A DNA stretch of 64,000 nucleotides from an uncultured Elusimicrobia bacterium (GTDB taxonomy: Bacteria > Elusimicrobiota > Elusimicrobia > Elusimicrobiales > UBA9959). The position numbers were made by a program, and so were the translations under genes. How positions within the stretch are numbered: the first letter of the stretch is position 1; each line of letters opens with the position of its first letter. Location: positions 220 through 64,219 of the forward strand of contig CAISZM010000027.1 of the NCBI GenBank assembly GCA_903889965.1, in the 5' to 3' direction. The notes beneath the pieces are model-generated. The model searched no databases, had not been told where the DNA came from, and saw only the letters and a program-made list of their open reading frames with translations. Positions 34,599-41,833 of this stretch are shown here, piece after piece.

Positions 34599-34812
34599 AG
34601 ATTTAAAAACAAGGCAGGCGAATAACAGGCGCGGGGGCCGGCGATTGTTGAGGACGGCCCTTGACCGGGAGGGCGGGGTGTTACCCTGAGCGCCCGTTGC
34701 GGAAAGGGGGCCCCGCCATCAAAGTCTGGCGGGGGGAAACCGACGCAAGGGTTTCCTCTTCCCGGGCGAGCAGGGTAATATCCCGCCCGACCCGCGCACC
34801 AGCAGGCCTGCC
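34599..34812 (-). ncRNA. Candidate structured RNA / leader or 3' element, copy B (unclassified)
   Basis: On the minus strand, the closing helix GGCAGGC (34812-34806) pairs with GCCTGCC (34619-34613) and is followed by TTGTTTTTAAATC. A second helix pairs GCGCGGG (34797-34791) with CCCGCGC (34635-34629). Internal perfect hairpins include 34756-34735 (7-bp stem). The element lies between dapF and dapA. Confidence 0.4.
34751..34812 (-). repeat. Conserved module, copy B
   Basis: The minus strand reads GGCAGGCCTGCTGGTGCGCGGGTCGGGCGGGATATTACCCTGCTCGCCCGGGAAGAGGAAAC. See copy A for the alignment. Confidence 0.85.
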
Positions 34813-34890
34813 GATAATTTGCCATATCGTTCAACTTGAAATCTTTCTCCTATAAAATAACTGCCATCCGTACGACAAAAAACGGAGAAC

Positions 34891-35697
34891 TTAAATCGTT
34901 ATATCTCCATTGAACACAATTTTCGCCGGGCCCTGTATGTAAATATCAGAGGCCCCCGCGCCGGCGGCCTTGAGCCAGACGCGGAAGGTCTCGCCGCTTC
35001 GCGCCACAAGCGTCACCGGGGCCTTCACCCGCCCCGCCAGAGTAAGCGCCACGGCGCTGGCCGTTATCCCCGTTCCGCAGGCGAGCGTCTCCGCCTCGAC
35101 ACCGCGCTCGTAGGTGCGCACATGTATTTTCCCGCCGCGGATGTGCACAAAATCCACATTGGTACCCTTCGGGCCGAAAGCCTTGTTATACCTGAGGGAA
35201 CGGCCAAGGTTATGCACGTCCGCATGCTCAAGCCCCCCCATAGGCACCACGGCGTGCGGCACGCCCGTGTTCAGGAAATACACCGTTTTCACACCGGCCG
35301 GATAACCGCCCCTGTGCCCGAGCTTCACGTCCCCGACGTCCGGCATCCGCATCCTGACGCTCTCCGGCCCCTTTATCTCCACCGGCAGTTCGCCGCTTAT
35401 CGTTTTCAACGTGAATTTTTTCCCTTTCACGAGCCCCGCGGAGTAAGCCCACCAGGCCGAACAGCGCGAACCGTTGCCGCAGAAGGCCTCGGATCCGTCC
35501 GAATTGAAATAACGCATGCTGACGGCGTTTTTCCCGGCGCCCCCCACATAGAGCAACCCGTCCGCGCCTACAGCCAGTTTCTGCGCGCAGAGCCTTATGG
35601 CCAGCTTTTTAAGGGTTCCAGTCCCAAGGCGCCCGCCGGTCAGCAGGACGAAATCGTTGCCCGCCCCGGACATTTTCCAGAAATTTATTTTTCGCAT
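34891..35697 (-). CDS. dapF: Diaminopimelate epimerase
   Basis: The 268-aa ORF has an N-terminal FWKMSGAGNDFVL motif and the two catalytic Cys motifs (FFNSDGSEAFCGNGSRC-type region and the ETLACGTGITA region). Confidence 0.92.
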   Translation of the reverse strand: MRKINFWKMSGAGNDFVLLTGGRLGTGTLKKLAIRLCAQKLAVGADGLLYVGGAGKNAVSMRYFNSDGSEAFCGNGSRCSAWWAYSAGLVKGKKFTLKTISGELPVEIKGPESVRMRMPDVGDVKLGHRGGYPAGVKTVYFLNTGVPHAVVPMGGLEHADVHNLGRSLRYNKAFGPKGTNVDFVHIRGGKIHVRTYERGVEAETLACGTGITASAVALTLAGRVKAPVTLVARSGETFRVWLKAAGAGASDIYIQGPAKIVFNGDITI

Positions 35698-36656
35698 GAG
35701 CCCTCCGGCCTTTCCACCTTACCCCCGAGAAAGGAATCTGCTATCCTGGCCGTGAAAGGCCCGCCTTTTGCGGCTATCTTAAAATACACGGCCGCCTCGT
35801 CTTTACGCTTGAGCGCGTAAAGGGCCATCCCCTTTACCTCGGAGGCGAGAGGGTCGCCCTTGTCAGCCGCCAGCTCGGCGTCGGCCGCGGCCGCGGCGCG
35901 TTCCGGCAGGCCGCCCAAGAGCAGGTAGAGCGCCCGTTCAAGGCGCAAGCGCCTTGAAGGCTCAAGATCTATGGCCTTGTCCACAGCCTCAACGGCCTTG
36001 CTATAATCGCCCTTCCCGGCCATAACACGGGCCTCCACGAGCGACCAGGACGCGGAGCCCGGCTCCGCCTTAGCGCCCCGGCCGGCTATATAAAGCGCCT
36101 CGTTCCAGTCCCTTTTTTTAAGCATGCAAAAGGCGTATTCGCGCAGTGCCGCCGCGTCGGAAAAGTCCGTAAAGATAGCGGCCCGCGAATAATAGGTTTT
36201 AGCCCTGGAATAGAAGCCAAGCGCGGCGTAAGAACGCGCAAGGCCCAGGTTGGCCTCCATATCGTCGGACCTCGTGTTCAGTACCTTCAGGAAAAGCGGA
36301 ACTGCGTTCCCGAAAAAACCGGCCTTGTTGTAGATAAGCGCGAGGCGCAGGGCGAACAGGCTGTTGGCGGGGTAAAGACCCGAAGCCAGCTTGTAAAGGC
36401 TTATGGCTTTATCTGTCGCCCCGCCCGCCTCGTAGCAGCGACCCATGTAACCGTAGGCCTCCTCGCGCAGGTTGGCCGCGGGCTTTTCGATAAGGAAACC
36501 GGACGAGGTATCCATCACCGAAGCGCAGTCGCCGCGCGCGAAAGAGTCGCGCATGCCGTTCAGCATGGAAACCGCTTTCTTCTCCGAGGGCACGCCGAAA
36601 AGAAAGGCCCGGGCCGGGACGGCGCCGCAGAGCAGTATGGCGAGGACGAGCCTCAT
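35685..36656 (-). CDS. Exported TPR-repeat protein
   Basis: It has a signal-peptide-like N-terminus (MRLVLAILLCGAVPARA) and multiple TPR-like 34-residue repeats (..EAYGYMGRCYEAGGATDKAISLYKLA.., ..ANLGLARSYAALGFYSRAKTYYSRA..). Its start overlaps the patatin stop (ATGA at 36653-36656), and its 3' end overlaps dapF by 13 nt. Confidence 0.75.
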   Translation of the reverse strand: MRLVLAILLCGAVPARAFLFGVPSEKKAVSMLNGMRDSFARGDCASVMDTSSGFLIEKPAANLREEAYGYMGRCYEAGGATDKAISLYKLASGLYPANSLFALRLALIYNKAGFFGNAVPLFLKVLNTRSDDMEANLGLARSYAALGFYSRAKTYYSRAAIFTDFSDAAALREYAFCMLKKRDWNEALYIAGRGAKAEPGSASWSLVEARVMAGKGDYSKAVEAVDKAIDLEPSRRLRLERALYLLLGGLPERAAAAADAELAADKGDPLASEVKGMALYALKRKDEAAVYFKIAAKGGPFTARIADSFLGGKVERPEGSCEK

Positions 36657-37600
36657 AATTTCTCCACCAGCCGGGGCGCCGAGAAAACGAGGAAAGCCTC
36701 CTTGGCCGCGTTTATGCTCCTGGAAGCGCCGGTAAGGCCGGCCTCGCCAGCTTCGACGCAGCGGTTAAAATCCGCCACGGAGATGTCGCCGACCTCGGAC
36801 TTTACCACGAAATCCGCCTTTTTTTCCGACGCCAGCGCCAGGAGCGAACCTCGTATGTCGATCACATGCAATAGCGACATCAGCACATTGTCCGGCATCT
36901 GGCCGTAGTCGCTTTCCGTAACGCTGGCCAGCACCCAGTCGGCGCCGAGTCCGCGGGCGGCGTCCACGGGGATAAAGTCAACTACGCCCCCGTCGACCAG
37001 GTAGCGCTGCCGGTACTGCACCGGCGCGAAAATTCCGGGCAGGGTTACGCTGGCCCTGACGGCCATGGACAGGGATCCTTCGGTGAAGATTATTTTCTCG
37101 CCGCTGCGCATATCCATGGCCGTGCAGGCGAAGGGCTTTTTCAGGCCGCTGAAAGAGAGCCCGCCCAGGCTTCCGTCGATAAAGCGGTCTATATAGGTCG
37201 GAGTTATCAGCTTATCGGTAATAAGCAGGCGCAGCAGCTTTATGTTTTTAAAATCGCGGGAAACCTTCAGCTTGTCGGCGTTCCGGCCGAAGCCCCATAT
37301 CTCGTCCACCGATTGCCCGGAAGCGTAGAGCGAGCCTATAAGCGAGCCCATGGAAGTTCCGGAAACATAGTCCACCGGGAAACCGGCGTACTCAAGCGCC
37401 TCAAGCACGCCGGTGTGCGCGAAGGCCCGCGCGCCTCCCCCCGAAAGCGCCAGGCCCACGGTCGGGCGCGAACCGGGCCCGGCCGAAGCCGCGCGCGTCC
37501 AGAGGGTGTCACGCAGCACATCATCGTCCGTTTCCTGGGAGAAAGCCGGAGCCGCCGCCAGGACCAGCGCGAGAGTTGTTATCGTCAATAAAAAACGCAT
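36653..37600 (-). CDS. Exported patatin-like phospholipase
   Basis: It has a signal peptide (MRFLLTITTLALVLAAAPAFSQ), the oxyanion motif SGGGARAFAH, the nucleophile elbow GTSMGS and the catalytic Asp motif LVDGGV. Confidence 0.85.
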   Translation of the reverse strand: MRFLLTITTLALVLAAAPAFSQETDDDVLRDTLWTRAASAGPGSRPTVGLALSGGGARAFAHTGVLEALEYAGFPVDYVSGTSMGSLIGSLYASGQSVDEIWGFGRNADKLKVSRDFKNIKLLRLLITDKLITPTYIDRFIDGSLGGLSFSGLKKPFACTAMDMRSGEKIIFTEGSLSMAVRASVTLPGIFAPVQYRQRYLVDGGVVDFIPVDAARGLGADWVLASVTESDYGQMPDNVLMSLLHVIDIRGSLLALASEKKADFVVKSEVGDISVADFNRCVEAGEAGLTGASRSINAAKEAFLVFSAPRLVEKL

Positions 37601-37653
37601 TGCAGATCAACCTTCCCCGGCGCAGCGGACGCCGTAGAATGTAAAAAACGTCC

Positions 37654-38973
37654 CTAATTTACACCGCCGTTCGACCGCGGCCCCGGATCCTGATCCGCAA
37701 AATCCTGCCCGCGCGCCCATTCCAGGCGCGCGCGCGCAAGCAGCTGGTTGTACACGGCGTCGATAGATTTTTTTTCAAAGTCGCAGAGGGTGCAGAGGGA
37801 GCGCAGCGCCGTCATGGAAGGCCGCGAGGCCTTCAAGGCGGCCTCGTAATCCGCCTCCGCCCGCGCGGTTTCGGCGGCGAGTCTCCCGGCTTCCGCCTGC
37901 CAGAAAGCCGACTCTTTATGGGCTGAAATTATTTCAAAGCGCACCTCGTCCTGCAGCTCCACCCGCTTCAATTCGCCCTGGCGCTGCTGGGCCCTGCGCT
38001 GCTGGACCTGGGTCCACACGTCGTAGGAAAGCGGGAAGCGTATGGCCACCGAGGCCAGCCAGTTGTTGGCGCGCACCGAATTATCGGTCATGTCGGAGAT
38101 CCTGTAGGCGTTCATGTCATAACTTGCGCCCAGATAAATGGTGGGGTAGCGGCGCACCATGGCCAGATTTACGGATATATCGTCTATCTGCGCCTTGAAA
38201 AGCTCGCTTTTAAGCTCCGGGCGCGCCTCCATGGCCGTTACCAGGCTGCGCGTAACATCCTCATCAACGGGGCGCGGTTCAAAAACCCCTTCCACTTCCG
38301 CATGGTAACCCGGTTCGCGGTTGAGCGCCTTCAGGAGTTCGGTGCCGGCCGCGTCCATCCCGCTTTCCGCCTGCTCGAGCTTGTCGGACAGCCCTGAGAG
38401 CAGCATGGAAGCTTCCAGTTCCTCGAAAGCGTCCTTCCGCATTGACGTGTTAAGCGCGGTAGCCAGGGAGAGCCATTTAGCACAGGCCTCCTTAAGGCGG
38501 CGCTGGTAAAGGAGAGAATAAAATGCTTTTTTGGCGGCTAAAGCCGCGTCCGCCTTTACGGCTTCGTAATTGACCTGGGCCTGGGTATGGGAGGCCTTGG
38601 CAAGTTTGAGCATGTTCGTGTTCTTGCCGCCGGTATAAAGCGGCTGGAGGGCCTGCGCGCGAAGCGTGTAAAAAGCGTCCCTGATGGATGGGTCCAGGTA
38701 CCTCTCCCCCATTTCCGGCCCCAGCACCACGGGATACTCCAGATCGACCTGGCTCATCGTGCCGGAAAGAGTGAATTGAGGGAACGCCAGAAAACGCGCC
38801 TCGCGCACGCGCTGCCTGGCTATGTTGATATCCTGTTCGGCGGCCAGGACCGCCGGACTGTTCCTGACGGCCAGCGAGACAACTTCGTCGAGCGTCAGGG
38901 CTTCCTTATTCTCCTGGGCCGCGGCCGGAACCGGGGCCAGGGCCAGGGCTGCGGCTAACGCTATAAATAGCAT
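37654..38973 (-). CDS. TolC-family outer membrane channel protein
   Basis: The 439-aa ORF has a signal peptide (MLFIALAAALALAPVPAAAQ). A duplicated OEP-type repeat structure begins with LTLDEVVSLAVRNSP.., and coiled-coil-rich segments follow. Confidence 0.85.
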   Translation of the reverse strand: MLFIALAAALALAPVPAAAQENKEALTLDEVVSLAVRNSPAVLAAEQDINIARQRVREARFLAFPQFTLSGTMSQVDLEYPVVLGPEMGERYLDPSIRDAFYTLRAQALQPLYTGGKNTNMLKLAKASHTQAQVNYEAVKADAALAAKKAFYSLLYQRRLKEACAKWLSLATALNTSMRKDAFEELEASMLLSGLSDKLEQAESGMDAAGTELLKALNREPGYHAEVEGVFEPRPVDEDVTRSLVTAMEARPELKSELFKAQIDDISVNLAMVRRYPTIYLGASYDMNAYRISDMTDNSVRANNWLASVAIRFPLSYDVWTQVQQRRAQQRQGELKRVELQDEVRFEIISAHKESAFWQAEAGRLAAETARAEADYEAALKASRPSMTALRSLCTLCDFEKKSIDAVYNQLLARARLEWARGQDFADQDPGPRSNGGVN

Positions 38974-38974
38974 C

Positions 38975-39520
38975 TTACACCTTGAATTCCGGCATTATCT
39001 CCGCGACTTTGTCGCGCAGGGCGTCGGCCTTGTCCTTCATTCCGGCGGCTGAAACCTCGGAGCGGAATTTTTCGTACTCGCGCACCACCGCGTGCACGGA
39101 GCCGGCCATCTCGTTGAACTCATCCTGCAGGTCGGTAAGATGATCGCCTTTCCGCAGAGCCACGCGGCAAGTCAGGTCGCCCTCGGCCATCGAGACGCAG
39201 GTGTTCTCGAACTTAAAGATGGGCCCGGCCATCCGGTGCGATATCACCGCGGACACGATCAGGACCATCACCAGGTACATCGCTATCTTTATGCCGAACA
39301 TCGGCATCATCGCGGCCATCTCCTCCATGAGCGGCTGCATCATCGGGTGCTCGCTGACCACCTTTGAGACCGTCCAGAGCATATCCAGCCCCACCACCAT
39401 GAAGGCCAGCAGGGCGCTGGCTACTATCAGCGCCATGTAGTGGTACTGCAGGCGCTTCTTTATCAGTATGGTTTTGCGCTGGAAATGCGCCGGCTTCTTT
39501 ACCTTTGTATTTTCAGTCAT
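38975..39520 (-). CDS. Small two-TM membrane protein with a cytoplasmic HAMP domain and no output domain
   Basis: I chose the ATG at 39520, which is preceded by GAGGAG (rc of 39524-39529). The predicted topology is basic N-terminus, TM1, a 20-residue Met-rich loop, TM2, and then a HAMP-like segment (RMAGPIFKFENTCVSMAEGDLTCRVALRKGDHLTDLQDEFNEMAGSV). Its stop lies 1 nt from the TolC start. Confidence 0.7.
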   Translation of the reverse strand: MTENTKVKKPAHFQRKTILIKKRLQYHYMALIVASALLAFMVVGLDMLWTVSKVVSEHPMMQPLMEEMAAMMPMFGIKIAMYLVMVLIVSAVISHRMAGPIFKFENTCVSMAEGDLTCRVALRKGDHLTDLQDEFNEMAGSVHAVVREYEKFRSEVSAAGMKDKADALRDKVAEIMPEFKV

Positions 39521-39616
39521 AGACTCCTCGCGGCAAGTTAAAGAGTTTCGAAATAGCGGGGCGTTCCGAAAATAGCGATGGCCCCGGCCCTCAAAACTCA
39601 ACCACTCCAGAAACTA

Positions 39617-40651
39617 TCAGAACAGAACTTCCATCAGGTCGAACCACTCCTTGGAGACGGTCTTAAGCGCGCCTGTGGCGCTCTCGAGCGGCACGCCCAC
39701 GAACTGGTTCCCCACCATCGCGCTCATCATGCCGAACTGGCCCGTATGCACCAGTTCCGCGGCCTTCAGGCCCACGCGCGTGGCCAGCATCCTGTCGAAA
39801 AGCGTCGGGGCGCCGCCTCGCTGCATGTGGCCGATAACCGCCTGGCGGGTCTCTATGCCCGTGTTCTTCTCTATGAACTGGGCTATGTGCTCGCCCATAC
39901 CCCTGTCCTTTAGAATGCGGTGGCCGAACTGGTCCAGCGCGTGCTTGATCTTATCCTCGCCGACTTCAGGCATTTCCGCGGCCTCGCTGGTCACCACAAG
40001 GGCGAACCGCTTCCTGGCGTAGGATTCTTTTATCTTCCTGATCATCTCGTCGGTGTTTATCTTCCGCTCAGGGATGCAGACATAGTCCGCCGCCGTGGCG
40101 ATGGCCGTGTAGAGCGCCACCCAGCCGGCGTGCCTGCCCATGACTTCCATCACCATGATGCGGTGATGGCTGGCGCCGGTGTCCATCAGGGACTGCGCGG
40201 CTTCCATGGCGCGCGTAACGGAGGTATCGAAGCCGAAAGTGAAGTCGGTTACGCTGAGGTCGTTGTCCATGGTCTTGGGCACGCCCACGACGTTAAGCTT
40301 ATGGTCCTTGTAAAGCCTGGTGGCTACGCCCAGGGTGTCGTCCCCGCCCATCGCTACCAGGGCGTGAAGGCCCAGCTTCTTGAAATTATCAAGGCATTTC
40401 TGAACGCCGCCCTCTATCTTAAAGGGATTGGTGCGGGAAGTGCCCAGGATGGTGCCGCCCTTCATGATGATGTATTCCGTTATCTCCCGGCTCAGCGGGA
40501 TGGTGGTTCCCTCCACCAGGCCCTTCCAGCCGTCGGTTACGCCTACGCATTCGTAGCCGTATTTCTCCGCGGCGTACACGCAGCCGCGTATGGCGGGGTT
40601 AAGCCCGGGGCAATCCCCTCCGCCCGTCAAGATCCCTATTTTCTTTTTCAT
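39617..40651 (-). CDS. 6-phosphofructokinase, PfkA family (sequence signature suggests PPi-dependence)
   Basis: The N-terminus is KIGILTGGGDCPGLNPAIRG. The motifs are GGDDT and GVPKTMDND, where the ATP-dependent E. coli enzyme has GGDGS and PGTIDND. Confidence 0.88.
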   Translation of the reverse strand: MKKKIGILTGGGDCPGLNPAIRGCVYAAEKYGYECVGVTDGWKGLVEGTTIPLSREITEYIIMKGGTILGTSRTNPFKIEGGVQKCLDNFKKLGLHALVAMGGDDTLGVATRLYKDHKLNVVGVPKTMDNDLSVTDFTFGFDTSVTRAMEAAQSLMDTGASHHRIMVMEVMGRHAGWVALYTAIATAADYVCIPERKINTDEMIRKIKESYARKRFALVVTSEAAEMPEVGEDKIKHALDQFGHRILKDRGMGEHIAQFIEKNTGIETRQAVIGHMQRGGAPTLFDRMLATRVGLKAAELVHTGQFGMMSAMVGNQFVGVPLESATGALKTVSKEWFDLMEVLF

Positions 40652-40684
40652 ATTTCCTCCTGGTTTAAATGTTCACGCCCTGCG

Positions 40685-41431
40685 TCAAAAGCTGGTATTG
40701 TACCTCAGCTGCACTATGCGCTCCGCCTTGCGCGGGAGCCCGCCCTTAAAAGTTCCGTCGCGTCCTATTTCGCGCACGGCCAGGTCAAGCTGGAAGTACG
40801 GCGTTATATAAATGCGCGTTCCGGCGTTGAGCCTGGCCGGGTCGTTGGAATGGAACAGGCTGTCGTATTCCAGCATGAAGGCCACCTTTTCTTCCAGCGT
40901 GTAATTAACCCCCAGGAAGCCGAAAAGGTAGTTATTATCGAAGTCCGGCACGTTGAAACCGCCGTGCAGCACAAGGCCGGGAACCCCCAGCTCTTTCGAG
41001 CCGACCAGGTACAGTCCCTTGCCTTTCTCCAGGTATTTCTTGTCGGCGGCGCTGTAGTAGTAACCCTGGCTGTCGTAACCCGCGGCCAGGGCTGGAATAT
41101 AGTAGCCGCCGTCGTAAAACCGGAACTTCACCTGGATCTCCGGCCGCCGCATCTTGGGAGACTCCGAGCCGATCAGGCCGTCGGAGGTCATGGCCGCTCC
41201 CAGGTTAAGCCGTTCGAGCACGCCGAAATTGAGCGAGCCCAGCACGCCCCCGCCCGAATAGAAGCGGGTCTTCACCATAAAACCGTAATAGTCAAGTATG
41301 CCCGCGGTCGGGACGTCGATCATTTCCACGTCCGGCAGGACCGCCGCCTCGTCCTTACTTTTGTCTTTAGCGGCCGAAACGGGGACCGCGGCCAGCAGCA
41401 GCAGCGAGAGAACGATTTTCACCTTTTTCAT
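40685..41431 (-). CDS. Small outer-membrane beta-barrel protein, function unknown
   Basis: It has a signal peptide (MKKVKIVLSLLLLAAVPVSAA), alternating hydrophobic/aromatic beta-strand patterning, and a C-terminal ...VQLRYNTSF with terminal Phe. Confidence 0.6.
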   Translation of the reverse strand: MKKVKIVLSLLLLAAVPVSAAKDKSKDEAAVLPDVEMIDVPTAGILDYYGFMVKTRFYSGGGVLGSLNFGVLERLNLGAAMTSDGLIGSESPKMRRPEIQVKFRFYDGGYYIPALAAGYDSQGYYYSAADKKYLEKGKGLYLVGSKELGVPGLVLHGGFNVPDFDNNYLFGFLGVNYTLEEKVAFMLEYDSLFHSNDPARLNAGTRIYITPYFQLDLAVREIGRDGTFKGGLPRKAERIVQLRYNTSF

Positions 41432-41461
41432 TTTGCCTTCCTTCCACAGAGTTTTACCGAA

Positions 41462-41833
41462 CTATTCCAAAGCCGCCTTCACCTTAGCGTCAAGCTCCTC
41501 GAGCGTGAACGGTTTCTGTACCGCGTCCATGGCCCCGCTGAGCAGCGCTATTCCTTTTTCGCTGCCCACGTCGCGCGAAGTCATTATTATTATCTTCGGC
41601 GCCTCGGATCCCTGCCGCGAGGAGATCTCGCTGGCGACGTGGTAGCCGTCGATATAAGGCATCATAACGTCAAGCAGCACCAGGTCGAATTTTTCGGCCT
41701 CGGCCGCCTGCAGCGCCTCCTTACCGTTCACTTTGGCGGTGACACGGTACCCCGCGTTCTGGAAATAAGATTCCAGCAGGTCTATTATGTCGGGGTCGTC
41801 GTCGGCTATCAGAATCCGCTTTCCAGTTTCCAT
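41462..41833 (-). CDS. Single-domain response regulator (CheY-like receiver only)
   Basis: The 123-aa ORF has the acidic pocket ILIADDD, the phospho-acceptor LVLLDVMMP, and conserved MTS and KPF motifs. Its start lies 25 nt inside the 3' end of dnaE. Confidence 0.85.
   Translation of the reverse strand: METGKRILIADDDPDIIDLLESYFQNAGYRVTAKVNGKEALQAAEAEKFDLVLLDVMMPYIDGYHVASEISSRQGSEAPKIIIMTSRDVGSEKGIALLSGAMDAVQKPFTLEELDAKVKAALE

Noticed and set aside
33420-34812. The inverted 64-nt modules could act as recombination sites of an invertible DNA switch flipping dapA.
   Set aside because: No recombinase or invertase gene is nearby. The repeats are imperfect (56 of 64), and each forms part of a larger self-complementary structure ending in a T-run, which fits an RNA-level role better. 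Inverting a housekeeping lysine and peptidoglycan gene is biologically implausible. Read-pair evidence could still test this.
34545-34890. A lysine (L-box) riboswitch upstream of dapA.
   Set aside because: I looked for the conserved L-box segments as I remember them (AGAGGxGC, GAGUA, GCCGAAG, CUGUCA) on the minus strand and found none. A related copy also occurs where there is no downstream gene (33420-33662). cmscan is still needed to be sure.
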